A stretch of 64,000 nucleotides of DNA from IMG/VR virus record IMGVR_UViG_2839026242_000001, positions 72,135 to 136,134 of that record; one strand, given 5' to 3'. This DNA is from a virus. Lineage: Duplodnaviria > Caudoviricetes. Of the stretch, positions 9,429 to 19,003 are shown piece after piece. The notes under the pieces are model-generated. The model saw only the letters and a list, made by a program, of their open reading frames with translations. It made no database searches and had not been told where the DNA came from. Every line of letters starts with the position of its first letter. Position 1 is the stretch's first letter. Both the position numbers and the translations under genes were made by a program.

Positions 9429-9614
9429 TCATTTACATTCTTCTGGTGATTTACCAACGCATTCCTCTTTAAAAGGAACACGAATTTGTTCACCAATCTT
9501 AATATTATCCAAGTAGTCTTTTTCATAAACTCCATTTCTCAATACAAGGATTGGTTGTCTTTCTGTCATTTTTAGTTCTCCAACTATTTCCCACTTTATT
9601 TCTTTGTCCCTCAT
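9429..9614 (-). CDS. Hypothetical protein
   Basis: ORF track, AGGAGG RBS. Confidence 0.7.
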   Translation of the reverse strand: MRDKEIKWEIVGELKMTERQPILVLRNGVYEKDYLDNIKIGEQIRVPFKEECVGKSPEECK

Positions 9615-10110
9615 AAATTAACCTCCTATTTTCCATAAGCCGATATTTGATTATTATACTGGATCATTTTCTTTATCTCGAAGAGTGTGAATTTGCTCAT
9701 TCAGATCACTTTATATTTGTTTTAAATCAAAAATCACATCATTGCTTTTATTGTGAGTCAATTTCTTTAATGAGCAAACTTGCTTCGCTTAAATAATCTG
9801 CTGCCGCTCTTCTTGCCTCAACAGCCTCTGTAATATCTCGTTTCTTTTGACTTTGGTTTAACATTGGATTCACCTCGCTAAAAAATAATCAACTCGCGTT
9901 TATTAATGATCATTTATTCATCGTTAACTGCCCAAAATGTCCACAATTCAAGCATAGACATGATGCAACCACTTCATAAAACTTTTCAACTTCGTATTCA
10001 CCTGTCCAACGTGAATGAATAATGCGGTTAATATTCTGAGAATCGCATTTTTCACATTTCATTACAACACTATGATTAGACATAAATTGAACCCCATCTT
10101 CCTAATCAAA

Positions 10111-10506
10111 TTACCTTTTCATTTGTTTTTCTTCTATCTCTTTGATTGCTTCTTCTTCGCGTTTAATCATTTGTTTTGCAAGTTTAAGCATGCGTTTGCG
10201 GTTTTCAATACTTGTTGAATCATTACCCCATCCGATAATATTTAGTGAATTTTGATAAGCAATGAACATTCGTGGATCGTCAGCATGATGCGCTTTCGCA
10301 ACCAATACATTATTGCAATGATTACCAATACCAAATGAATTAATGTTGTTTTGTTCAACACGCCCCAGATATCTTCTATATCCATTCATTCCCTCGTCAA
10401 TTGCTTCAATAAATTCTTTAGGGTACTTTTCAATTTGATCCCATCCATCGTTCAGAATAGTAATTGTAGTCATATATCCCATATTCAAACTCTCCATTTT
10501 AATCAA
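10111..10506 (-). CDS. Hypothetical protein (true start probably downstream, at MGYMTT)
   Basis: ORF track. Confidence 0.7.
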   Translation of the reverse strand: MIKMESLNMGYMTTITILNDGWDQIEKYPKEFIEAIDEGMNGYRRYLGRVEQNNINSFGIGNHCNNVLVAKAHHADDPRMFIAYQNSLNIIGWGNDSTSIENRKRMLKLAKQMIKREEEAIKEIEEKQMKR

Positions 10507-10515
10507 ATCTTGTTT

Positions 10516-10749
10516 TCATTTATTGTTTTTAAAGCGCTGTAATTCTTCTTGTTCCTGACGAATCAATTCCTTACTTACCTTGCCTATTTCGCTATCAGAG
10601 ATGTCGCGTTCATTCATGAATGCCTCGTGTTGCAATCTCCAGTATTTTTCTCGAATTTTTCTTATCTCTGAATTTTGAATACGACTTATTTCATCTTGGT
10701 TCAATACTTCTTTAAATTGCTTTTCTTCGCTCAAATAATTCATTTTCAA
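10516..10749 (-). CDS. Hypothetical protein
   Basis: ORF track, AAGGAGG RBS. Confidence 0.7.
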   Translation of the reverse strand: MKMNYLSEEKQFKEVLNQDEISRIQNSEIRKIREKYWRLQHEAFMNERDISDSEIGKVSKELIRQEQEELQRFKNNK

Positions 10750-10774
10750 AAAACCTCCTTATGAAATCACCGTT

Positions 10775-11023
10775 TTATGCTGTTGCAGTTTTTACTTCAA
10801 TAGCACAATTCTTACATATCAGCTTGCCTTTAAAATAAATTGTGTCATCTGCATTACCGCAAAACAAACAAGATGGCTGATATTTCTTCAGAATGATCTG
10901 CTCCCCATCCACATAAATCTCTAGAGCGTCTTTGATGTTGATATCAAAGGTGTCCCTTAGTTCTTTTGGTAGAACAATACGTCCCAATTCATCCACTTTT
11001 CTAACTATACCAGTTGCTTTCAT
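10775..11023 (-). CDS. AbrB-family transition-state regulator
   Basis: MKATGIVRKVDELGRIVLPKELR...LEIYVDGEQIILKKY is the AbrB signature; C-terminal CxxC pairs. Confidence 0.92.
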   Translation of the reverse strand: MKATGIVRKVDELGRIVLPKELRDTFDINIKDALEIYVDGEQIILKKYQPSCLFCGNADDTIYFKGKLICKNCAIEVKTATA

Positions 11024-11043
11024 TGCATCATCCCCTTTTCAAA

Positions 11044-11235
11044 TTAACTATTGTAATAAGACCCCTTTATCTCAGACGAGATAGTTTGCAAACGCTCAAT
11101 GAAAACATCCAATTGGGAAACCGTTGAAAATCTCAGAATCGTTGTTCCGATATGAACAAGTACACATTCATCAACAACGTCTCCATCTTTGTCGTATTGA
11201 TTCACGCTGAAAGTTGCATCACTATATACACTCAT
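11044..11235 (-). CDS. Hypothetical protein
   Basis: ORF track, GGGAGG RBS. Confidence 0.65.
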   Translation of the reverse strand: MSVYSDATFSVNQYDKDGDVVDECVLVHIGTTILRFSTVSQLDVFIERLQTISSEIKGSYYNS

Positions 11236-11269
11236 AAAGTTCCTCCCTATTTACTTAATACACAGTTTG

Positions 11270-11707
11270 TTAAGACCGCCATAACCCGAGTTCTTTCAAC
11301 GTGTTGCGGGCAAGTTCCCAATCACTCAATCCGATCTCTCTTCCGTCACTAGCGTACCACCGTAAAGCATGGACAAGTTTCTCGTATCCGGCGTCAGCTG
11401 CGGCAACCACCCTGACATTCTCTGCTTTCAACCGTTCGATCTCCGCTTTCAATCGCTTGACTACATCCCGATAAAGTTTGCAGTCGTCTTCCAAGTCTTT
11501 TTCGATCCGCATATAGAATTCAATCACTCTTGCCCGGGCTTCGTTCAGCTCGTTTGCTGCCTTCTCAGCGCACAGTAACCGCATCAACGCCCTGTGTACT
11601 GAGCCATGCGGATTGTGATACTGCAAAAGAGTCTCGATATCCTTACGTTCCTCTTCTTTGAGCGGTCGATCCCATCCAAATGCCTTTCCTTCAGTGTAGA
11701 TGCTCAT
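11270..11707 (-). CDS. Coiled-coil hypothetical protein, visibly GC-richer than neighbours
   Basis: ORF track, RBS. Confidence 0.7.
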   Translation of the reverse strand: MSIYTEGKAFGWDRPLKEEERKDIETLLQYHNPHGSVHRALMRLLCAEKAANELNEARARVIEFYMRIEKDLEDDCKLYRDVVKRLKAEIERLKAENVRVVAAADAGYEKLVHALRWYASDGREIGLSDWELARNTLKELGLWRS

Positions 11708-11758
11708 ACTTTCCCCTCCCGATTATCAAACTGAGCATTTTGTAAAATTACTTATCAC

Positions 11759-12094
11759 TCAGTGAAGAAGCACAGTATCACTGGTAGACGTATCTGCATA
11801 TTGAATGATTACTCCATACTTTCTTAGATCCGATTCGATCCTTGATAGTTCATTGGTGTCACGAGAAAACCGAGAAGGCTCAACCGCGATCACTCTTTCT
11901 AGTGCATTGTGCCTTGCGACTTCAAACATGGCAGCAATTCCATCTCTATCATTTTCTAATCCTGATACCCCATTGTCAGTGAAGAAAATGACTTTCCTAC
12001 CTTTTTCAATTAGCATTAGACATTTCTCTTTTTGGAGTTTAATTGCTTCTTCGTCTTTTGTTGCAGTTCTTGAGTATACTCCGATCATTTTCAT
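11759..12094 (-). CDS. Stand-alone serine-recombinase (resolvase) catalytic-like domain, probably inactive
   Basis: YSRTAT (canonical YxRVST), D-G-VSG, and SRFSR motifs; no DNA-binding domain. Confidence 0.75.
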   Translation of the reverse strand: MKMIGVYSRTATKDEEAIKLQKEKCLMLIEKGRKVIFFTDNGVSGLENDRDGIAAMFEVARHNALERVIAVEPSRFSRDTNELSRIESDLRKYGVIIQYADTSTSDTVLLH

Positions 12095-12118
12095 AATCCC
12101 ATCTCCCCCTTCAAATCT

Positions 12119-12481
12119 TCATTTTATGGCAAAATTATGCGTCCAAATCATTAACATTATTCCTACAAATGCCGCAACAGCACAAAACCCAATAACTGAA
12201 AAATAAAATATACTTAACTTAGCTATCTCCTCTTCCGTCATTGACTTGACATCAAAAGATCCTTTGATAAGCACCTGTAGAGGATAAGCAATTAATAAAG
12301 TAAGAAACACTGCTCCAAATACCGCACCCACTGACAACAAGATTTTCAACCCGATTTGGTTCGCAATTTCACTGTAAGTATTAATAATTGTAAAAACAGC
12401 AACTGCTGAAACGCCAAATATTGAGCATAGTGCAGCAACGATATTTAATACTCTTTCAAAAAAAGCAAACTTTGCTTTCAT
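12119..12481 (-). CDS. Membrane protein (about 3 TM segments)
   Basis: Three hydrophobic stretches. Confidence 0.7.
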   Translation of the reverse strand: MKAKFAFFERVLNIVAALCSIFGVSAVAVFTIINTYSEIANQIGLKILLSVGAVFGAVFLTLLIAYPLQVLIKGSFDVKSMTEEEIAKLSIFYFSVIGFCAVAAFVGIMLMIWTHNFAIK

Positions 12482-12510
12482 ACTCTCACCTTTTGTTTAA
12501 AAACCATCTT

Positions 12511-12702
12511 TCATTCGGTTTCTTGTTGTCCATATGACCATCTATCATCAATAAATTGTTTCAGTCGTTTCAACTCTTGTGCTCTGTTATTTGCATTTTC
12601 AAATCCATGTTGATTCCCTTGCTTCTTAAAATCTTCGGCAAAATGCTCCAACTGAGCAATACGTACAACAATCTCTTCAATAATATCTTCAATTTTCAAC
12701 AT
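12511..12702 (-). CDS. Hypothetical protein
   Basis: ORF track, RBS, palindrome boundaries. Confidence 0.7.
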   Translation of the reverse strand: MLKIEDIIEEIVVRIAQLEHFAEDFKKQGNQHGFENANNRAQELKRLKQFIDDRWSYGQQETE

Positions 12703-12734
12703 ATAAACCGCTCCTTTCTGATGAAAATCTTCTT

Positions 12735-13013
12735 TTATCGAATTACTATTTGAAATTCACCTGTATCTTGATTTTTCTCTAAAGTATATTTCTGTTGATC
12801 ACTGTAAAACACCAGTTGTCTCATATTGCTGTTTTGTCGATCTATTTCGTATGGCTTTTGCCAAGTGTGCTGTAAATATGACTCCGACTTAGCGAGAAAA
12901 TCTGCTTCTTCATGTCGTTTTTCAAGTGGGAAAATAACCAACCCAAGTAGTAAAGCAATCGAAACAGGAAAATATATTGGGAACCAACTGATTAGCTGAT
13001 TTTTAATCTGCAT
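12735..13013 (-). CDS. Membrane-anchored hypothetical protein
   Basis: N-terminal hydrophobic segment. Confidence 0.65.
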   Translation of the reverse strand: MQIKNQLISWFPIYFPVSIALLLGLVIFPLEKRHEEADFLAKSESYLQHTWQKPYEIDRQNSNMRQLVFYSDQQKYTLEKNQDTGEFQIVIR

Positions 13014-13056
13014 TAGTTCCTACCTCAAATCTTGATAAATTTCTCCTTTTATCGTG

Positions 13057-13305
13057 TTATTGATTGGCTGCACGTTTCCACGCTTTTTCATAACCACCCA
13101 CATCATTACGTTTAACCCATTCATCATAACAAGCATCACATTGCCAATGATAATCTGATCTGGGGTTGTTTGCTGCGAATGCTGATAACCAAATTTTTTG
13201 TTCAGTTTCCTCTAGTAATTCTTCTCTGCTCATACCTGCTATTTTACTCAAATATTCGCTCTTCGGTTTTCCATAGTTATCATTACCTTCATACTTTCTC
13301 AACAC
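13057..13305 (-). CDS. Hypothetical protein, paralog of 7271-7525
   Basis: Sequence similarity to 7271-7525. Confidence 0.8.
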   Translation of the reverse strand: MLRKYEGNDNYGKPKSEYLSKIAGMSREELLEETEQKIWLSAFAANNPRSDYHWQCDACYDEWVKRNDVGGYEKAWKRAANQ

Positions 13306-13348
13306 TTTAAATCACTCCCAATCAAATATTGAATTTATAGAATTTGAT

Positions 13349-13564
13349 TTATAGATCCATCAATGTTCGTTTTCCTTCATCCGTCAATCGTATTGCTCCA
13401 TGTAAGAACCTGTTATAGTGATATTCTTCAATTAACTTAAGTTTAACCAAGGATTCAACTGTTCTTGTGTTATAAGCATCTTTGGGATGATGTTTCTCGC
13501 CATCATGATATGGTTTTGAAAGTTGAAACAACAACAATTGCTGCGCATTAGTCAATTTATACAA
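13349..13564 (-). CDS. Small winged-helix-like protein
   Basis: RTVESLVKLKLIE...RLTDEG pattern. Confidence 0.6.
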   Translation of the reverse strand: MYKLTNAQQLLLFQLSKPYHDGEKHHPKDAYNTRTVESLVKLKLIEEYHYNRFLHGAIRLTDEGKRTLMDL

Positions 13565-13941
13565 ACTGAATGTCTCCTTCTCAATCGAATATTAATTTTT
13601 AAATAGAATCAGCAATTAACGATCTTACCGATTTGAACAGCGTAAAAAACATTTTCGCCCTCTTTTTGCTTCAAAAACAATGGACATTCAGGAACCCTTA
13701 CCACATCATTCTCGTGCAAAACAATATCAGATTTAATCTTGAATTCGTGCATATCAGTATAAATTATATATTCCATTTTCTCCACTTCCTTTTTAAATTA
13801 GCTATCGTGCTAAGCACTCCTTAGCGCAGGTTTCGCAAAGACGGAGTACATCTTCCTCAGTTACCCCTCCTATTGGCATTACCGACACGGTTTCAATCTG
13901 CTTTTCGCAATAGTCGCACATACTCTTTCCTCTCTATGCAA

Positions 13942-14598
13942 TCAATCAAAATCCTCATATTCATCTTCAAGCCACCACTCCCACCAAGATTCTTCCTCCT
14001 CTTCATCTTCTTCCCACCAGCACTTTCGCACAGGCACTGGCTTTCTAGAGTCCATAATTTTCTTGCACCTATCTCTAAAGTCATTCTCATCCAGAGACGT
14101 TTTGATAAACTCAACCAATAACTCCTGCTTTTTGTAAAAGTGTAAAGCAAGATTTAGGATGTAATCGGAAGGTTCATCCCAGCCATGTGAAATAAAAAGT
14201 TTAATGATCTCTTGTTTTCTCTCCTCCATAATTTCGAAGTATCTCTGGCGATTTCTTTCGTCCCTAAGTCGTTTTCTTTCCTCGTGCAGTTCTTTGATCT
14301 TTTTTCGCCAAGCTTTATACGCTTTCTTTTTTTCAGCATCCATAGACTGCCAAACTTTTGGACTGACTGGATCTAACACCTTTTTAAGATAAAACGTCCT
14401 CCCGTCAGTGGTGGACAGAAAAGGCCCTCGCTTTGAATAACTAAGAGTGCAGTGTTCGCCGCGTTCATCAAAAAACTCATAAGTACCTTCACTTTTTGGT
14501 CTTGCATCAAAGTTATCTGGTACGACATAAAACACACCACTTTCAGCAATTTGATAGTTTTCACACATTTTCAAAACTATAACTTGCAGCATATGCAC
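13942..14598 (-). CDS. Hypothetical protein with acidic, Trp-rich C-terminus
   Basis: ORF track; start uncertain. Confidence 0.6.
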   Translation of the reverse strand: MHMLQVIVLKMCENYQIAESGVFYVVPDNFDARPKSEGTYEFFDERGEHCTLSYSKRGPFLSTTDGRTFYLKKVLDPVSPKVWQSMDAEKKKAYKAWRKKIKELHEERKRLRDERNRQRYFEIMEERKQEIIKLFISHGWDEPSDYILNLALHFYKKQELLVEFIKTSLDENDFRDRCKKIMDSRKPVPVRKCWWEEDEEEEESWWEWWLEDEYEDFD

Positions 14599-14670
14599 AC
14601 ACCCTTAAACCATATTTCACTCAAAACACAAATAAAAATTGTCTAACACGTTCCATATTAGTCTTCCTTT

Positions 14671-14961
14671 CTAACAATCAAAGTGATTGACTGTCAGTAA
14701 TCCATCCTTGTAAAGCTTCTCCAATAACCTAACTTTACTCTCCATACTTACACATTCGAGCGACAAAGGAGCATTTACAAGTACATTTGTTTTTGTGTTC
14801 ATCAATCGTTCCACTTCATTTTTCTCGTACAGATATGTTCCGCAAAATTGCTCCATCCACTCGGGCATTGCCCACTTCATTAAGATCTCTTGGCCGTTAA
14901 TATCCTTGTAACCTGTTGGCTTCATAAAATTTCTTCCTTTCTTCAACTTTTTGTAACTCAT
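14671..14961 (-). CDS. Hypothetical protein
   Basis: ORF track; start uncertain. Confidence 0.55.
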   Translation of the reverse strand: MSYKKLKKGRNFMKPTGYKDINGQEILMKWAMPEWMEQFCGTYLYEKNEVERLMNTKTNVLVNAPLSLECVSMESKVRLLEKLYKDGLLTVNHFDC

Positions 14962-15182
14962 TTATTTCGATGTTTCTCAATCATTCTTTGAATCTCAATC
15001 AATAATTTCGGATCATCAGGCAACTCAATTTTGTTTACTTTTCTCACTACAATTTCATCTCCGTTAACCTCAACAGATACAGTATCTCCCTGTTCAATTC
15101 CTATTTCCCTTAGTTGCTCTGTCATGGACACCCCTAAGCTGTTTCCAATCTTGATGACTTTACGTTCCAATGTATGTATCAC
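14958..15182 (-). CDS. AbrB/MazE/SpoVT-fold antitoxin-like protein
   Basis: RKVIKIGNSLGVSM...GIEQGDTVSVEV motif; own promoter TTGCGT-N17-TATAAT (15205-15233). Confidence 0.8.
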   Translation of the reverse strand: MIHTLERKVIKIGNSLGVSMTEQLREIGIEQGDTVSVEVNGDEIVVRKVNKIELPDDPKLLIEIQRMIEKHRNK

Positions 15183-15372
15183 CTCTCTCTTTCTTTATGA
15201 TTCCATTATAACCGTTATGACGTTATAACGCAAGTGTTTTACTTGTAGTTTTTTATTTTATTACATTAACTACAAATGGGATGCTAACACAACATCCCAT
15301 TTAATAACTTGCCCTATTTTTTAGGCTTCCTCTTGTTTATTCATGATAGCCACCATCCGATACAATAAGTCT

Positions 15373-15711
15373 TTAATCGTGATCCCAACCTCGTTTTTGT
15401 GCCTCCGCTTTAATTTCCTCTAAATCTTGTTCGGTTGGTACATCCATATTTTCACTTTCGTCCTCCTCGTAATACAATCCGATTTTGTGAGGAGATTCTT
15501 GTATTCCAAATTGAAAAGCTTTCGTATATACTAATTCAACTGCATGAAACAGTGTAGATTCCAAATATGTTGTGGAAATAACTCCATCCGTATTTCCCCG
15601 AAACTTTCCCATAGCCTTATTCTCTTCATTGTCTTGTGTTTCCAACCAAAACAGCTTTGCTGCCCATTTTCCATCAAGTTTCTTTACCTTAATTGTATGC
15701 ATGTATGTCAT
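15373..15711 (-). CDS. Hypothetical protein
   Basis: ORF track. Confidence 0.7.
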   Translation of the reverse strand: MTYMHTIKVKKLDGKWAAKLFWLETQDNEENKAMGKFRGNTDGVISTTYLESTLFHAVELVYTKAFQFGIQESPHKIGLYYEEDESENMDVPTEQDLEEIKAEAQKRGWDHD

Positions 15712-15747
15712 AGCAAAGTCTTCCCCCTAACAAAATTTGACTTTCAT

Positions 15748-15966
15748 TCAAATATTTGAAACGAATCGTCTTGCCATTTCGTAAAGCAGTGCGTCTTCAG
15801 TCACACGCAAATTGTTCTCTCCAAACTTTTCTTCAAATTTCACTTGTATCTCCCTGACAATCCCTTTTGGCAGAACACCGCTGTTATACTTCCATTCGGT
15901 GATTTCTTCAAATGCTTGTTTTAATTGTTCATCAGTAAGCGACTATACTAATTCTTTCAGAAACAT
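15748..15966 (-). pseudogene. Small gene with a premature TAG at codon 8
   Basis: MFLKELV*SLTDEQLKQAFEEI...; good RBS; bounded by palindromes. Confidence 0.6.
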
Positions 15967-16008
15967 ATAATATCCCTCCAGTTAAAGTCACATTTTTAAA
16001 GTGACTTT

Positions 16009-16284
16009 TTAAAAATTATTAATCCAAAAATGATTTCCCGGCATATAGTAGCAAAGTTGTTTTGTTATCCCTTTATCTTTTAAGAAGCTCTCCAACATTT
16101 GTATAAATTTTTCGTTAACATGAACCCAAATTTTATTATCTACAAATGGATCATGAAAAACATTCTTTACCTGAATTTCATTTTCTTTTACCAGAACTAA
16201 GCGAATAATACTTCCTTTCTCAATTAATAGTTGATTAAATTCATCTACCATTTGTTTTGTCATAAGTTGCTCCATAATTATCAT
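16009..16284 (-). CDS. Hypothetical protein
   Basis: ORF track. Confidence 0.65.
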   Translation of the reverse strand: MIIMEQLMTKQMVDEFNQLLIEKGSIIRLVLVKENEIQVKNVFHDPFVDNKIWVHVNEKFIQMLESFLKDKGITKQLCYYMPGNHFWINNF

Positions 16285-16451
16285 CTCCCTATGAAATCAA
16301 AGTTTTAACTAACCTAATTATACTTAGTGTCCATAGCTTATGTACTGTTTAATAAGTATTTCTCTCTCAATGCCGAAAATCCCTTCACGCTCTAGTTTTT
16401 TAATAAATTTTTTAATTTTCATTATTACTATCCGCCCTCTCAGAAATTCAA

Positions 16452-16856
16452 TTAGACTTCGATCAATTCTTCTTTATTTTTATTTTTAACGGCAAAAAAT
16501 TCACTTGGTGATACCAAACCAAAACTAATTTTCAATGCCTCATTTACTTTTTGCATAGTTTTCTCATCCAATCTGCTAACTTTATCAGTCAATCTTAGCT
16601 TGTCAATGGTTCGTATCTGTTCCGATAAAACAACAGAGTCTCGCTCAAGTCCGAATGTTTTTGCATCCAATTCCACATGCGTAGGCAATTTTGCTTTTGA
16701 AATCTGTGAGGTAATTGCTGCGACGATGACCGTTGGACTAAATCGATTTCCAATGTCGTTCTGAATGACTAAAACAGGTCGCACGCCTCCTTGCTCAGAG
16801 CCAATGACAGGTGATAGATCAGCCAAATAAATTTCTCCCCTACATACTCTTCTCAA
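16452..16856 (-). CDS. mazF: MazF/NdoA (PemK family) endoribonuclease
   Basis: [37 protein letters not shown]...AAITSQ...KLPTHVE...EQIRTIDK is closely similar to Bacillus NdoA. Confidence 0.93.
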   Translation of the reverse strand: MRRVCRGEIYLADLSPVIGSEQGGVRPVLVIQNDIGNRFSPTVIVAAITSQISKAKLPTHVELDAKTFGLERDSVVLSEQIRTIDKLRLTDKVSRLDEKTMQKVNEALKISFGLVSPSEFFAVKNKNKEELIEV

Positions 16857-17091
16857 TAATCTTCACTCCCTATGGTTTCGTTAATGCCACTAATATATAT
16901 CGCTTTGCAATTTACTTTTATATCTTATATCTATATATTACCACGCAGACGAGATTATTACAACTAAAAATAATAAATTCAACAAAACAAAATCACGTCT
17001 AATAATTGTGCAATTCGAACATTTCTTCATTTAAATTAAAAAAGAAAAAGACTTTACATCTTTGCAAAGTCTTCAACAAGTTATTAATTGT

Positions 17092-17763
17092 TCAAAAAAA
17101 CCTGCTCATATCTAGTTTCCCTGGTTCGTAATAAATATCAAATGCTCGGTTTAACAAAAAAACATCATTCAAGCTTTCTTTGCCAAACATTATTTGGGCA
17201 ATTTGTTCTTTGGTAGGCTCGTTAATCATTTTTAACTCGAAATAACGCTTTATGTGACCATGCATTTGTTTCACATCTCTTGCCCAAGGATATAGCACTT
17301 TCATACCAGCAGATAAAGCTCGAATTTCCGAAAGAGTGTATGTCTCATCCACTATTCTTTGAACAGCAGATTTCCCAGAAGCCATATCTTTGGCTCCCAC
17401 ACCAAATCTAATTACACACGTAGTTCCTACATGCAGCTTATTACCGTTTATTTTATTCTGAATGATAAGGTTATATCGAAGATTTTCTTGTCCGCATAGC
17501 TGACAAGTTGAATAAAATTCAACAGGAGGCTTCTCAGAAAAATACGACATATTATCTAATGTATTTTGATCGATCCAGTCTACATATTCCCATTCACTTT
17601 TTGCTTCGTCGAAATTTTGACTTACACTTAGTCTCAAAAGATTATCAACTACTATTTTACGTGGTTTTGTGCTAATCTCCCCGTCCTTGTACTTCGCTAA
17701 CATAGCCAAAATATTAGGCTTTTTTGATCGTCTACCTTTGACTTTTCTTTTCGTGTATCGCAA
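17092..17763 (-). CDS. Hypothetical protein with putative Zn-binding motif
   Basis: CQLCG...VGTTC; ORF track. Confidence 0.65.
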   Translation of the reverse strand: MRYTKRKVKGRRSKKPNILAMLAKYKDGEISTKPRKIVVDNLLRLSVSQNFDEAKSEWEYVDWIDQNTLDNMSYFSEKPPVEFYSTCQLCGQENLRYNLIIQNKINGNKLHVGTTCVIRFGVGAKDMASGKSAVQRIVDETYTLSEIRALSAGMKVLYPWARDVKQMHGHIKRYFELKMINEPTKEQIAQIMFGKESLNDVFLLNRAFDIYYEPGKLDMSRFF

Positions 17764-18224
17764 GTCAATTCACACCTTTGCATAATAGATAAGGTGTTTT
17801 CTACGATGACTGTTATAGTTATTGCGCACCATTAACTCTATTATACCATAAGACGCAAGCATATGTTCGATAAATCTGTCTTCTTGCAAAGGAAATGTTG
17901 ATTTTTTGAATATGGCTAATTGATTTGCAATATCTAAAAAACGGGACGACTTGCAGCAATTAATCCAAATGTTAAATGATGAGAATATCCATCACTTGCA
18001 ACTATTAAAAAAATACTTTATATCAAATAACGATTTGAACGAATTTTATTTACTTGCGCATGTACGACACAAAGCATGTTCGCCAATAGGTACACCATCT
18101 GCGAAAACTGTATATGCACATTCTTCTGGGTGATCTACTTCTATTAACTTATCGCAATCCTCACATATAACTGTAATCATATTACACCCTCCCTAAATTT
18201 GAATAAATTCAGACTTTGCTTGGT

Positions 18225-18434
18225 TTATGAGCAAATATACTTTAGCGTTTCTTTATAGCATTGTAGACAAAGCTCTTCATCTACTCCGATAATATTCAAT
18301 ATTCTTATTAAATTTTTATTGCTATACATACCACAACTGGTACACATTCGTAATTCTTCTCTGTATTCCTTGTTATTTATTTTCATTTCCGCCTCCCATG
18401 AAACTATGCTTTTGTGCCGTTTTCTTCTATCCAC
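18225..18434 (-). CDS. Small CxxC hypothetical protein
   Basis: ORF track; start uncertain. Confidence 0.5.
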   Translation of the reverse strand: MDRRKRHKSIVSWEAEMKINNKEYREELRMCTSCGMYSNKNLIRILNIIGVDEELCLQCYKETLKYICS

Positions 18435-18697
18435 TCAGGAAAGTTTTCACGCATGAACCCATTATAACGTTCTTTGACTGGTTCAAATTTTTCTTCTAGA
18501 TAAGCAAATGACAATACACAATGTTTTGCGTAGAAGTCCATAGCCTCTTCGATATTTTTTATATCTCGTTTTAGCAATTCTGGTGTCGTTGGCGAAGCGT
18601 TACGCTCATGCATATCCATACATAAAATAACAAATTTAATTCTTTCCGAAATGCCTGTATATAAGCAGCTTGCAACACCAGCAGGAACAATTTCCAT
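18404..18697 (-). CDS. Hypothetical protein
   Basis: ORF track. Confidence 0.6.
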   Translation of the reverse strand: MEIVPAGVASCLYTGISERIKFVILCMDMHERNASPTTPELLKRDIKNIEEAMDFYAKHCVLSFAYLEEKFEPVKERYNGFMRENFPEWIEENGTKA

Positions 18698-18926
18698 ATG
18701 TTATCCTATCCCTATGGATTTATTTTATTAATCCAACATCGTCTGGCTTAATTTCTCCATTAAGAAGCTTTGTAAGTCGTTCTCTGGTTTCATCGATGAG
18801 AGCTTTTAAGCCTTCAACAGTATTGTATCCATCATAACCGATCAAAATATCTCTTGTGTCTTCAAGAAACAGACGCTCGTGCTTTTCCATTAATCGATAC
18901 CCTCCTTTTCAGTTTGAAATATCATA

Positions 18927-19002
18927 TGGCGTCCCAGACAGGATTCGAACCTGTGCATGATCGCTTAGAAGACAATTGCCTTATCCGCTTGGCTACTGGG
19001 AC
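18927..19002 (-). tRNA. tRNA-Arg (UCU)
   Basis: GTCCCAG acceptor stem, anticodon loop CTTCTAA, GGTTCGAATCC T-arm, encoded CCA. Confidence 0.9.
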
Positions 19003-19003
19003 A

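Noticed and set aside
15748-15966. Stop-codon recoding suggested by an in-frame TAG
   Set aside because: A single case. Other genes end normally at TAG and no suppressor tRNA is present, so a nonsense mutation is simpler.
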